NCBI GenBank assembly: GCA_039586795.1
Contig: JBDHJS010000006.1
Coordinates: 64,001 to 128,000, forward strand
Length of the DNA: 64,000 nt
From: Gemmatimonadota bacterium
GTDB taxonomy: Bacteria > Gemmatimonadota > Gemmatimonadetes > Palauibacterales > KS3-K002
Direction of reading: 5' to 3'
Shown piece after piece: positions 41,146-50,879 of the stretch (its first letter is position 1; each line of letters opens with the position of its first letter). The translations under genes were made by a program, and so were the position numbers. The notes under the pieces were generated by a model. That model was not told where the DNA came from. It made no database searches and worked only from the letters and a program-made list of their open reading frames with translations.

Positions 41146-41739
41146 GTGCGTAACACACTCGCAGTCGCCGTCGGATTGGCAGTCCTCTTCAGCCTACCGA
41201 ATAGCGCGGAGGCGCAGCGCTTCGGTGGCACGTTCGGCGGTGGAGCCGCCTTCTGGCTCGTCTATGTCGACCCCGGTATCAACACCGAGGACAGCTTCGA
41301 TCGCGATATCGGCAACGTTGTGGCCCTGGGCGCCCGCGCCTTCTTCCAGACCGGTCGCGCGCGACTCGGCGCTGGCTTCTTCAGCGGCGGCTTCACCGAC
41401 GAAGGGACGAACGACGCCGGTAACAAGGTGACGGGAAGCCTGTCTTCCGGAGGCTTCATCGCCGAGTATCTCGCCCTGCAGACGAACTTCGAGATCGCCG
41501 TCGGCGGCATGGCTGGAGGTGGCTCCATTACGGTCGAGGAGCATATCTCTTCCTCCGGAGACCTCGAGAACCTGTTGCGGCGTCGCACATCCTACTTCGC
41601 CGCCTACCCGTGGGTGAGGTTCGCCTACAACCCGGCGCCGCTCGTCAACGTGGGTATCGATCTGGGCTACTACTTCGGCACCAACGATGTGGGGGGATTC
41701 GCCGTTGGTCTCGACATCGTGGTTGGCCTGATCCCTTAA
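41146..41739 (+). CDS. Exported Gly/aromatic-rich protein, probable small beta-barrel
   Basis: Signal peptide AEA-QR; amphipathic Gly-rich strands. Confidence 0.65.
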   Translation: MRNTLAVAVGLAVLFSLPNSAEAQRFGGTFGGGAAFWLVYVDPGINTEDSFDRDIGNVVALGARAFFQTGRARLGAGFFSGGFTDEGTNDAGNKVTGSLSSGGFIAEYLALQTNFEIAVGGMAGGGSITVEEHISSSGDLENLLRRRTSYFAAYPWVRFAYNPAPLVNVGIDLGYYFGTNDVGGFAVGLDIVVGLIP

Positions 41740-42133
41740 AGCCCCGCATACCCTACTCCGTCCGCCCCTTCGCAAAGGGAACCTTCGGGTAGTTTCGGTG
41801 GTTTAACTATTGACGGGGCAGACGAGCCATCTCGGCACCGCGTGAGGTAGATTTACTTCCCTTTTCTCCCGGGCCTTACGCGGGTGTCTTGCCCCGTCCC
41901 TTCCTTCCCAGCCGATATCTTTCCTTTGAGACGGACTCACATACTGTTCTGCTTCCGCGAATACCCGATTCCAGATTGCCAGGCCCTCTTCCTGCTCTGA
42001 CCGTCGATCATTCCCCGCTCTTAGGGTTTCCGCACTTCTAGCACTATATTTGTGGCCAGATTCATACCGGAGACCTGCCATCTTGGCCGGCCGTGAGGCG
42101 GCTTCGGAGATCAGCAGGGGAGGAGGCGGACAG

Positions 42134-42322
42134 ATGGACAATGCGATTCGCCGTATCTTTATGTTCCTGCTCGGCGTCTCACTCGGGTACTGTACCGGCT
42201 TCCAGGACGCCAGGAAGAACGAGCACAACGTCATCGTCCGCATGGTTCATCGCGTGCAGGCGTTTGGCGAATCGACCGTCAGCGAGCGCGAGCAAGCAGT
42301 GGAAGACGCCGTAGGGCAATAG
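42134..42322 (+). CDS. Small membrane-anchored hypothetical protein (62 aa)
   Basis: GGAGGAGG RBS; RRIFMFLLGVSLGYCTGFQDA. Confidence 0.65.
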   Translation: MDNAIRRIFMFLLGVSLGYCTGFQDARKNEHNVIVRMVHRVQAFGESTVSEREQAVEDAVGQ

Positions 42323-42344
42323 TCGCCTCGGCCGCTATCGTCGT

Positions 42345-43643
42345 CTACACGGCTTCCAGCAACGCGACGTGGCCCATGCCACCCGCCGCGCAGATGCTGA
42401 CCACCGCTTTCCCACCCGTCTGACTCAACTGCTTGACCGTCTGCGATAAGATGCGAGCACCGGTGGCGCCGAACGGATGACCCAACGCCACGCTGCCACC
42501 GTTCGGATTGATCCTGGTCTCCGGTACAGTCCCCAGCTCGGCCTCGACACCGGCACGCTCACGCACCCAGCCGCGGTCGTTCAGCGCTGCGATGGTGCAG
42601 AGCACTTGAGCCGCGAATGCCTCGTGAATCTCCCACAGATCGACATCGCCGTAGGCCAGGCCATGACGCTGCAGCAAGCGGGGCACGGCAATCGTCGGTG
42701 CCATCAGCAAGCCGTCCGCATCGATGTCGACGGCGGCGACCTCCCAGTCGATCAGCCGTGCACGGTACGGCACATCGTTGAACCGTTCCAGCCCATCCTC
42801 GGTCGTCACCCAGCAAGCGGCGGCGCCGTCGGTCAACGGCGAGGAGTTACCCGCTGTCAGCGTCCCGCGGCCGCTGGTTCGATCGAATACCGGCGCCAGT
42901 TTGCCTAACTTGTCCAGCGACGTGTCGGTGCGGGGAATCGCATCGCGCTCGAGGTCGGGGAATTGGTCTGAGACGAAGACGAGATCGTCGAAGAAGCCAC
43001 TCTCCCAGGCGGCAACCGCGTTCTTGTGGCTCGCCAATGCGAAACGATCCTGGCTGTCACGATCGATGCTCCAGGCCTTTGCTGTTATCTCGGCATGGTC
43101 GCCCATCGACAAACCGGTGGTTCGCTCCTTCACTCTGGGCGCCGACAACTTCAGGTGACGCAAGCGTAGCTGTCCCAACGCGGTCAAGAAGGCGCCTGTC
43201 CCTTTTGACTGGGCCACCCGACGAACGACTTGGCTCATCCCGTGCGTCAGGCCGGTCTGCACTTGGCTCATCGACTCAGAGCCCCCGCACACAGCAAGAT
43301 CGATCCTCCCGGCTTTGATCTGTCCGGCGGCGTGTGTCGCCGCCGCCAGGCTGGTGGCGCACTGCTGCACTACCGTCAGCGCGGGGACATGGGGCTCCAG
43401 CTCGGTATCCAGCCAGACCTCTCGAGCGACGTGGCTCACGGTCAGCGACGGGATAACGGATCCCCAGACGATTAGGTCGGGAGCTGCGCCATCTCGTAGA
43501 GCGGTCACCGCCTGCCGCACGACCGGCACCGACACGCCGACAGCATCCAGGTGCGCCAGCGGCCCATCGATCCTCGCGAAAGGCGTGCGCGGTCCCGCGC
43601 ACACATAGATGTTGCCTCGATCTCTCGTCTTATCTGTCTCCAT
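42345..43643 (-). CDS. Acetyl-CoA C-acyltransferase (FadI-type thiolase)
   Basis: RTPF, CATS, GNSSPLTDGA, HEAFAAQ, GHPFGATGAR, CAAGG. Confidence 0.92.
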   Translation of the reverse strand: METDKTRDRGNIYVCAGPRTPFARIDGPLAHLDAVGVSVPVVRQAVTALRDGAAPDLIVWGSVIPSLTVSHVAREVWLDTELEPHVPALTVVQQCATSLAAATHAAGQIKAGRIDLAVCGGSESMSQVQTGLTHGMSQVVRRVAQSKGTGAFLTALGQLRLRHLKLSAPRVKERTTGLSMGDHAEITAKAWSIDRDSQDRFALASHKNAVAAWESGFFDDLVFVSDQFPDLERDAIPRTDTSLDKLGKLAPVFDRTSGRGTLTAGNSSPLTDGAAACWVTTEDGLERFNDVPYRARLIDWEVAAVDIDADGLLMAPTIAVPRLLQRHGLAYGDVDLWEIHEAFAAQVLCTIAALNDRGWVRERAGVEAELGTVPETRINPNGGSVALGHPFGATGARILSQTVKQLSQTGGKAVVSICAAGGMGHVALLEAV

Positions 43644-43696
43644 CGTCGGCCTCCTGCTACTCGGCTAGGCGACGTCAAAACCGCTGCGGCCTGTCG

Positions 43697-44602
43697 TCAG
43701 GTTCCCCCCAGCTCGGCGACCGTGGCGAGTACCGCCCGGGTAACTTGCGCCATGAATTCAAAATCCAGGGTGTCGGCCCGGTCGGTGACTTGATGGTAGT
43801 GCGGATTTCTCAGAAACGCGGTGTCGGTGATCATCAGGGAGGGGTAGCGCCGATCCCAGAACGACGCGTTGTCGCTCAGCCGGGTGAGCGGCAGCGCCCA
43901 GCCCCTCAAGTACGTGCCGTAGGTGACGACGACCAGCTCGGGCACGTGGCGAGCCGCCGCCCCCGCGAAGCCGCGCAGCAATCGACGCGATCGACGGTCA
44001 CCCACCGCTGCCAGGAACGTCCCCGAGTCCGGGACACGCTTGAAGATGAACGGCGGAACCTGTTGTGTCCCCGAACGGCGATCGGTGTAGCCCACCATCT
44101 CGAGAACCAGGGCGCCCGCGTATTGTCGCCCCTCCTTGCGAGCTTGCCGAGCGAACCGCGCGCTTCCGACGCGGTAAGTGCCCACCATGTCCTGGGGTTC
44201 TTCCAAGTTGAACCCGACGAACTGGATGGTTCGCTGCGGTGCCAAACTGGCCGAACACCGGGCGACCTCCAGCATCGTGGCGACGCCGCTGGCGTTGTCG
44301 TCGGCGCCCGGTGAGCTGGAAACGGTATCGAAGTGCGCGCCTACCAGCAGCCAGGGGAGTTTCGGCTCCGAGCCTTCCAGCGTGCCGACCACATTGTTGT
44401 AGCTGATGTCGCGGAGCGTGAATGGTTGCCGCGTGACGGACAGCCCGGCGGCGCTCAACTCGTCGACCACGAACGCCTCGGCCTCGGCGAGCGCCTCCGG
44501 TGCCGCCTTCGGATGGCGCGGCCCCTCCAGCCGCCGGACATCGCGCTCGAGGCGAACGGGATCGACCCGCGCGAGGATATCGGCCAGGTGCGTGTCATTC
44601 AT
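43697..44602 (-). CDS. M28 family peptidase
   Basis: GAHFD, PGADDNASG, NLEE, LEMVGY, SDNASFW, NPHYH..D. Confidence 0.9.
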   Translation of the reverse strand: MNDTHLADILARVDPVRLERDVRRLEGPRHPKAAPEALAEAEAFVVDELSAAGLSVTRQPFTLRDISYNNVVGTLEGSEPKLPWLLVGAHFDTVSSSPGADDNASGVATMLEVARCSASLAPQRTIQFVGFNLEEPQDMVGTYRVGSARFARQARKEGRQYAGALVLEMVGYTDRRSGTQQVPPFIFKRVPDSGTFLAAVGDRRSRRLLRGFAGAAARHVPELVVVTYGTYLRGWALPLTRLSDNASFWDRRYPSLMITDTAFLRNPHYHQVTDRADTLDFEFMAQVTRAVLATVAELGGT

Positions 44603-44631
44603 GGTCGCATGGGAGCGGCGACCGACGTGTC

Positions 44632-45276
44632 CTAGTGCTCGATATAAGCCTTCTCGATGATCACTGGCTCCACGGGCACGTCAGCCATGCGGCCGACGGT
44701 CTGCGTCGGCACGTCGGCGATTGCATCGACGACGTCCATACCCTCGATCACTGTGCCGAACACACAGTAACCCCAACCTGCTTGCGTCGGCGCGACGTGA
44801 TCGAGATTCGGGTTGTCCACGTGGTTGATATAGAACCCGGCCGATGCGCTGTGCGGCTCCCCCGTGCGGGCCATCGCCACGGAGCCGCGAACGTTCTTCA
44901 GTCCGTTGTCGGCCTCGTTCTGCAGCGTGGGCTTCGGCGACTGCCGCGCAGCCATCTCGGCCGTGAAGCTGCCGGTCTGGATCATGAAGCCGGATATCAC
45001 CCGGTGGAAGGTCAGGCCGTCGTAGAACCCGTTCTCGACGTGCCACACGATGTTCTCCACTGTCTTCGGCGCCGCCTCACGGTCCAGTTCCATCACGATC
45101 TTGCCCTTGTTCGTCTCCAGCACCACTCGTGGTGTCATGCTCATCGTCCCCAGATCTGGTGGAAGCGGGGCGTCCTCCGACCCGCCAGCCGTGTCCATGT
45201 TCGCGCTCTCTTCGCTAGCGCAGCCGAAGGCCGCGATCGCCACGGCCAGCAGCATCATCGTTCCACGCCGGTTCAT
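44632..45276 (-). CDS. Cyclophilin-type peptidyl-prolyl isomerase, lipoprotein
   Basis: Lipobox AFGC; FYDGLTFHRVISGFMIQ, AMART, YCVFG.V. Confidence 0.93.
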   Translation of the reverse strand: MNRRGTMMLLAVAIAAFGCASEESANMDTAGGSEDAPLPPDLGTMSMTPRVVLETNKGKIVMELDREAAPKTVENIVWHVENGFYDGLTFHRVISGFMIQTGSFTAEMAARQSPKPTLQNEADNGLKNVRGSVAMARTGEPHSASAGFYINHVDNPNLDHVAPTQAGWGYCVFGTVIEGMDVVDAIADVPTQTVGRMADVPVEPVIIEKAYIEH

Positions 45277-45453
45277 ATGCGTTCCGTCCCTTCCTGTCTG
45301 TGTGCCCGCATTGACTACCGTCCGGCGGCCCCATCACGCGCCCGTCTTGTGCCCAAGGGGGCCGCCACCAATACTCAACGCCTGTTGCTTGCCCACATGA
45401 TGGACCATCAACGCCCGTTCCGCTACCGGAGCACTTGAGCCCGGAGGCCCAAA

Positions 45454-46863
45454 ATAGACCCGACAGCTCTCTCCCTTCTGCCCCCCGTTCTCGCCATCGG
45501 TCTGGCCATCTGGACCCGCCAGGTCTACGTGGCCCTCGCCGCCGGCATCTGGCTCGGCTGGACCATCCTCAGCGGCGGCAACCCCATCGCCGGCCTCGGC
45601 GGCGCCATCGAGGGGACCGTGCAGGTCCTGGGCGACCCGGGTAACGCCCGCGTCTTGATGTTCAGCATCTTGATCGGCTCGCTGGTCATTTACGTGGAGG
45701 CGTCGGGGGGTGTTGAGGGATTCGTGCGCTGGCTCGAGGGACGCCGATTGGTCAGAAGCGCTCGCGGCGCCGGCGTGCTGGCCTGGCTCATCGGCATCGC
45801 CATCTTCATCGAGTCGAACATCACTCTTCTGGTAGCTGGCGCCGTGTGCCGCCCGCTCTTCGATCGCTACGGGTCGGCGCGGGAGAAGCTGGCGTATATC
45901 GCCGACTCGACGTCGGCGCCCATCTGTATCCTGATCCCGTTCAACGCCTGGGGCGCGTTGGTGCTCGGAATACTCGGCAGCCTGGCGGTCGCCGAACCGC
46001 TCTCCGTCTTCGTCGCCGCGATCCCCCTCAATCTCTATGCCATAGCCGCCGTCATCCTGGCCGGCTTCACCGCGTTCACCGGCCTCCAACTCGGGCCGAT
46101 GAAGACCGCGGAAGCGCGCGCCGCCCAGGGGATCGTGCTGAGCCCCGAGGGAGAGGCAACCGTAGATGAGGAGCTGTTCAAGGTGCGGTTCTCCCGGGAC
46201 GTGCAGCCACGCGCGGTGAACATGGTGGTTCCGATTCTGGTGATGGTCGCCACCATGCCCATCGGCCTCTTTGTGACGGGCGACGGCGTGCTCGGCCAGG
46301 GCTCGGGCTCCACCAGCGCCCTGTGGGCCGTGATCGCCGGCAACATCGCCGCCGTGGTGCTGATACTCATCCAGCGTTTCGCGTCATTGGATGAGGTGGT
46401 GCGCGTCGGTCTCAAAGGGATGGAGGCCCTGCTTGGCCTGGTGCTCATATTGCTGCTGGCCATCACGCTCGGAGATATCTGCGTGCGCCTGGGGACGGGA
46501 CCCTACGTCGCCGAACTGGTCCGCGACATCGCCCAGCCCGTCCTGCTGATCCCCGCCACCTTCCTCGCCGCAGCCTTCGTCGCCTTTTCCACCGGCACCA
46601 GCTGGGGCACCTTCGCAATCATGATTCCGATCGCCGTACCCGCCGCCGAAGCTCTGGGTCTTCCGCTTGCGCCATTCCTGGCTGCCTCGCTGTCAGGCGG
46701 CGTCTTCGGCGATCACGCCAGCCCGATCAGCGACACGACGATCGTCGCCTCGCTGGCCTCGGCCACCGACGTGATCGACCATGTCCGAACCCAGATACCC
46801 TATGCTGTGATAGCAGGCAGCGTTGCTATAGTCGGGTTCGCTATAGTAGGCCTGTTTGTTTGA
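45454..46863 (+). CDS. Na+/H+ antiporter NhaC-family transporter, apparent ATA start
   Basis: DPTALSLLPPVLAI..., REKLAYIADSTSAP, TGTSWGTFAIM, GGVFGDHASPISDTT, DHVRTQ; GGAGG-N6-ATA. Confidence 0.88.
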   Translation: MDPTALSLLPPVLAIGLAIWTRQVYVALAAGIWLGWTILSGGNPIAGLGGAIEGTVQVLGDPGNARVLMFSILIGSLVIYVEASGGVEGFVRWLEGRRLVRSARGAGVLAWLIGIAIFIESNITLLVAGAVCRPLFDRYGSAREKLAYIADSTSAPICILIPFNAWGALVLGILGSLAVAEPLSVFVAAIPLNLYAIAAVILAGFTAFTGLQLGPMKTAEARAAQGIVLSPEGEATVDEELFKVRFSRDVQPRAVNMVVPILVMVATMPIGLFVTGDGVLGQGSGSTSALWAVIAGNIAAVVLILIQRFASLDEVVRVGLKGMEALLGLVLILLLAITLGDICVRLGTGPYVAELVRDIAQPVLLIPATFLAAAFVAFSTGTSWGTFAIMIPIAVPAAEALGLPLAPFLAASLSGGVFGDHASPISDTTIVASLASATDVIDHVRTQIPYAVIAGSVAIVGFAIVGLFV

Positions 46864-47054
46864 CTATTTCGACAGCCGACAGCCGACAGCCGCGTACCAG
46901 CGACCGAGGACAATTCGGCGCCCAACTCCCGACGCCCGAATCCGACGCCCGACTCTCGCGAACGTCGAATTACGAGAGTCGGACGTCGAACGTAGATCGC
47001 CGAATTGTCCTCGGCCGTCGAGCGGCGAATATCGGCTGTCGGCTGTCGAAATAG
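46864..47054. repeat. 191-bp nested palindrome built on GACAGCC heptamers
   Basis: Stems of 23 bp (perfect), 17 bp (perfect) and 16 bp (1 mismatch). Confidence 0.92.
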
Positions 47055-47200
47055 CCAACGATCGATGCCCGTCCCCCGTCGGCCGTCGAACGTCGCCCGT
47101 CCCGATCCTATTCCCCGAATCCCCGATTCCTCTTCCCCCGATCGCAAAGAGCATATAGCTTCCCGCCCAGATACAGCCCCAAAACCCCTTGGATGGCTTG

Positions 47201-48064
47201 ATGTCTGAAGAAATAGTCTATTTGAACGGGGCCTTCGTGCCCCACGCCGAGGCAACGATTTCCGTCGAGGACCGCGGCTTCAACTTCGCCGACGGCATCT
47301 ACGAGGTCATACGCGTCGTCGCCGGCCGGCCGTTCCGTATCGAGGCGCATCTCGATCGCTTCGAGGGCGGCGCCCGGGCTCTCGAGATCGATCTGCCGTA
47401 CGAGCGCAACCGCATCCGCCAGGCCATCGTCGAGACTGCCCAGGCCAACTCGGTGGAAGAGGGGACGGTCTACGTTCAGCTGACCCGGGGCGCGGCGCCT
47501 CGTAGCCACGCCTTCCCCGGAAGCGTCACCCCAACGCTGGTCATGCTGGCCCGGGAATCCCCCGGACCCTCGAAAGAGGCGCTCGAGAACGGCGTCGCCG
47601 TGGTGACCGCCCCCGATCTGCGCTGGGGCTACTGCGAGGTGAAGACGATCGGGCTGCTCCCCAACGTCATGGCTTATCAGTATGCTCGATCCGAGGGCTG
47701 CTTCGAGGCGATCATGGTCCGCGATGGCGTGGTAACCGAAGGCGCCCACACCAGCGCCTTCTGCGTCCGCGACGGCGCGGTCTACACCCACCCGATCGAC
47801 AACCTGTTGCCGGCGATCACCCGCAAGTTCTTGATCGAGGCGTTCCGCACCGAAGGAGTCGAAGTACACGAGGTCGGTGTCCCGGTAGAGCAATTCCGAT
47901 CCGCCGACGAGGCGTTCCTCACCGGGACGACCACCGAGGTTATGGCCATTGTATCCATCGATGGTGAGCCGGTCGGCTCCGGTACGCCGGGCAGGCTGAC
48001 GCAGCTGGGCTTTGAGTTGTACCGACGCGAGTTGGACGCGGCGCGCGCCGCAGCGGCCGGCTGA
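47201..48064 (+). CDS. dat: D-amino-acid aminotransferase (class IV PLP)
   Basis: EDRGFNFADGIYEV, HLDR, RSHAFP (RxH), KTIGLLPN, EGAHT, ITR, DEAFLTGTT. Confidence 0.8.
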   Translation: MSEEIVYLNGAFVPHAEATISVEDRGFNFADGIYEVIRVVAGRPFRIEAHLDRFEGGARALEIDLPYERNRIRQAIVETAQANSVEEGTVYVQLTRGAAPRSHAFPGSVTPTLVMLARESPGPSKEALENGVAVVTAPDLRWGYCEVKTIGLLPNVMAYQYARSEGCFEAIMVRDGVVTEGAHTSAFCVRDGAVYTHPIDNLLPAITRKFLIEAFRTEGVEVHEVGVPVEQFRSADEAFLTGTTTEVMAIVSIDGEPVGSGTPGRLTQLGFELYRRELDAARAAAAG

Positions 48065-48118
48065 AGACTGGACAGCACGAACTTGATGCCAACAACGGAA
48101 ACCGATGAGGTATTGAAG

Positions 48119-49321
48119 ATGGGACGCAGCGAGGACTTGATTCGCGAAGTCGATACATGGAGCGCGCATAATTACCACCCGCTTCCCGTCGTGTTGGAGC
48201 GGGGCGACGGATGCTGGGTCTGGGACGTGGACGGTAATCGCTACCTGGACATGCTGAGTGCCTACTCGGCTGTGAACCAGGGTCACCGTCACCCACGGAT
48301 CATCGCCGCGATGACGGAGCAGGCCTCACGCCTGACCCTCACCTCGCGCGCGTTTCACAACGACCAGATGGGAGCCTTCCTCCACAAGGTCTGCGATCTG
48401 GTGGGTTACCCGAAGGCACTGCCCATGAACACCGGCGCCGAGGCGGTGGAGACCGCCATCAAGGCCGTCCGCAAGTGGGGGTACAATGCCAAGGGCGTGT
48501 CGCCCGATGCGGCAGAGATCATCGTCTGCGAAAACAACTTCCATGGTCGCACGACCACCATCGTCGGCTTCTCCAGCGAGGAGCAGTATCGCGCTGGGTT
48601 CGGTCCTTTCACGCCCGGTTTCCGGCTGATCCCGTACGGCGATGCCGATGCGTTGGCCGACGCCATCAACGAGAACACCGTCGGTTTCCTAGTCGAGCCG
48701 CTGCAGGGCGAAGGCGGAGTGATCGTACCGCCGGACGGCTTCATGAAGAGAGCCGCCGAGCTCTGCCGCGAGGCGAACGTCAAGTTGATGGCCGATGAGA
48801 TTCAGACCGGGCTCGGGCGCACCGGCAAGATGCTGTGCAGCGATTGGGATAATGTTCGGCCCGACGTCGTGATGCTGGGTAAGGCGCTGGGCGGCGGCGT
48901 CTATCCCGTCTCCGCATGCGTCGCCGATGAGGATGTCATGGACGTCTTCGCGCCCGGCGACCACGGATCCACCTTCGGCGGCAACCCGCTGGGCGCCGCC
49001 GTCGGTAGCGCGTCACTGGATGTGATTGTCGACGAGAATCTCTCCGAGCGTGCCGCCGAGCTCGGTTCCTGGTTCATGAACGAACTGGTCGGCATCGGGT
49101 CGCCGCACGTCGAGGAAGTCCGCGGCAAGGGCATGATGATCGGCGTGGTAATCAAGGAATCGTCGGGTACCGCGCGGCCCTTCTGCGAAGCGCTGATGGC
49201 GAAGGGTATCCTCGCCAAGGAGACGCACCACCAGGTGGTACGGTTCGCGCCGCCCCTGGTCATCACGCGCGAGATTCTGGAAGAGGCGCTCGAGTCGATC
49301 CGTCAGGTGCTGTCAGCCTGA
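48119..49321 (+). CDS. rocD: Ornithine--oxo-acid aminotransferase
   Basis: AHNYHPLPVV, LSAYSAVNQGH, LTLTSRAF, PMNTGAEAVE, DEIQTGLGRTG, HGSTFGGNP. Confidence 0.95.
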   Translation: MGRSEDLIREVDTWSAHNYHPLPVVLERGDGCWVWDVDGNRYLDMLSAYSAVNQGHRHPRIIAAMTEQASRLTLTSRAFHNDQMGAFLHKVCDLVGYPKALPMNTGAEAVETAIKAVRKWGYNAKGVSPDAAEIIVCENNFHGRTTTIVGFSSEEQYRAGFGPFTPGFRLIPYGDADALADAINENTVGFLVEPLQGEGGVIVPPDGFMKRAAELCREANVKLMADEIQTGLGRTGKMLCSDWDNVRPDVVMLGKALGGGVYPVSACVADEDVMDVFAPGDHGSTFGGNPLGAAVGSASLDVIVDENLSERAAELGSWFMNELVGIGSPHVEEVRGKGMMIGVVIKESSGTARPFCEALMAKGILAKETHHQVVRFAPPLVITREILEEALESIRQVLSA

Positions 49322-49669
49322 GGCCAGCGGTAGGACATCGGCCACAACTCGACGGCCGTCATCGTGCCAGCGCAGTCGCGCTCGTGGCATGATGAACATG
49401 CGCCCGTCTCGCAGGTCCTCGAGCAGCAGCGCACAGACCGCCGCGTCACCGCTCCAGAAAGTGCGTTGTCCGAAGAGATGCCCGTTGCTGCAGCGCTGGC
49501 GACCGAAGAAGTCGCACTGCGTGTACGTCCCGCAAACGGGGCAGGGGATTTCGATCGGATAGGGCCGGCGGACCGGCCATATTTCCGCGTCCCGCCAGCG
49601 CAACTCCGTCTGCGCCTCGGGGAATGGCGACGATGCGAAATCTTCGGGACCAGCTTTGAGAGGATCCAT
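49313..49669 (-). CDS. Hypothetical protein with putative Zn ribbon
   Basis: CPVCG-x10-CSNGH; fills the gap between rocD and the next gene. Confidence 0.6.
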   Translation of the reverse strand: MDPLKAGPEDFASSPFPEAQTELRWRDAEIWPVRRPYPIEIPCPVCGTYTQCDFFGRQRCSNGHLFGQRTFWSGDAAVCALLLEDLRDGRMFIMPRARLRWHDDGRRVVADVLPLASG

Positions 49670-49697
49670 TATCGCCCATAATAGCCGGGTCGCCCGC

Positions 49698-50873
49698 TTG
49701 CGGGGAAGCCCGGGCAATGCCGACCTCCGGCTTCTCGGCGGTGTCTTCGCCGCTGTAGCGCTCGGCGCTTGCGGCGATGCGCCGCGCGTCGGGCCGCCGC
49801 CGGAGATGCCGCAGCTGTCTGCCCGCGTCGAGGTCGAAGAAGCGATCGTCGAATTAGTCGCTCAGAACCTCGAGATCGTCTGGAGCATCGATTTCGCTCC
49901 CGACGGCAGGATCTTCCTGACCGAGCGACCCGGTCGCGTCCGCATCATCGATCCCCAGGACGGGTTGCTGCCAACGCCGTGGGCCGAGATCGATGTGTGG
50001 GATCGAGGTGAAGCGGGGCTTCTCGGTCTGGCGCTCCACCCGGCCTTCGCCGATTCCGCCTTCGTCTATGTCATGTACACGTACCGAACGGTCTCCGGGC
50101 CGCATGGCCGCGTCAGCCGGTTCCGTGAGGTCGATGGACGGGGCGATGCGGAGCAGGTGATCCTCGACGGGATCCCGGCCGCCGCACGGCATTCCGGCGG
50201 GGCGCTCGCTTTCGGACCTGATGGCAAGCTCTACGTCGGGACCGGCGACGCGACGCGCCCCGTCATAGCCCAGGCCATCGCGTCGTTGGGTGGTAAGATC
50301 CTGCGGATCAACCCCGACGGCTCCATCCCCGACGACAACCCCTACGGGGCTTCGCCTCTCTTCGCGCTGGGTTTCCGCAACGTGCAGGGCTTCGATTGGG
50401 ACCCCATCACCGGACACATGTTTGCCACCATGCATGGCCCCACGGGCGAGTGGCGCCTGTTCGGACGCGACGAGGTGAACGTAATCGAGCCGGGTGGCAA
50501 CTACGGGTGGCCCGTGGCCGTCGGTGTCAGCGCTACGCCCGAACTGGTCGATCCGCTCCTCGAGTACAGTCCGGCCGTGGCGCCGGCTGCGGCCGCGTTC
50601 TATGACGGGCCGATAGCGCTGTGGCGTGGCGACCTGTTCTTCGCGACGTTACGCGGCGAGCATCTGCATCGCGTCACGTTCACGGAGGACAGAAGCGGGG
50701 TCATCGCCATTGAGCGACTCTGGCCCGATGTCTATGGCCGTATCCGCGCTCTGAGGCGCGGGCCGGATGGATATCTTTACTTCGGTACAAGCAATCACGA
50801 TGGCCGAGGTTATCCGCGCCCGGGAGACGATCAGCTGTTCCGCGTCGTGCCGGCTGACGACATCACGGAATGA
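49698..50873 (+). CDS. PQQ-dependent sugar dehydrogenase (GSDH family), lipoprotein; start uncertain
   Basis: LGAC lipobox; GEAGLLG, RHSGG.LAFGPDG.LY, GKILR, GFRNVQG, DEVN, NYGWP. Confidence 0.9.
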   Translation: MRGSPGNADLRLLGGVFAAVALGACGDAPRVGPPPEMPQLSARVEVEEAIVELVAQNLEIVWSIDFAPDGRIFLTERPGRVRIIDPQDGLLPTPWAEIDVWDRGEAGLLGLALHPAFADSAFVYVMYTYRTVSGPHGRVSRFREVDGRGDAEQVILDGIPAAARHSGGALAFGPDGKLYVGTGDATRPVIAQAIASLGGKILRINPDGSIPDDNPYGASPLFALGFRNVQGFDWDPITGHMFATMHGPTGEWRLFGRDEVNVIEPGGNYGWPVAVGVSATPELVDPLLEYSPAVAPAAAAFYDGPIALWRGDLFFATLRGEHLHRVTFTEDRSGVIAIERLWPDVYGRIRALRRGPDGYLYFGTSNHDGRGYPRPGDDQLFRVVPADDITE

Positions 50874-50879
50874 CGTGTC

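Noticed and set aside
45435..45644. Frameshifted N-terminus of the NhaC transporter
   Set aside because: The conserved N-terminus is in the same frame as the main ORF, so only the start codon is atypical
46864..47142. CRISPR array
   Set aside because: Repeats are 6-7-nt tandem units and inverted arms, not equal direct repeats with unique spacers; no cas genes
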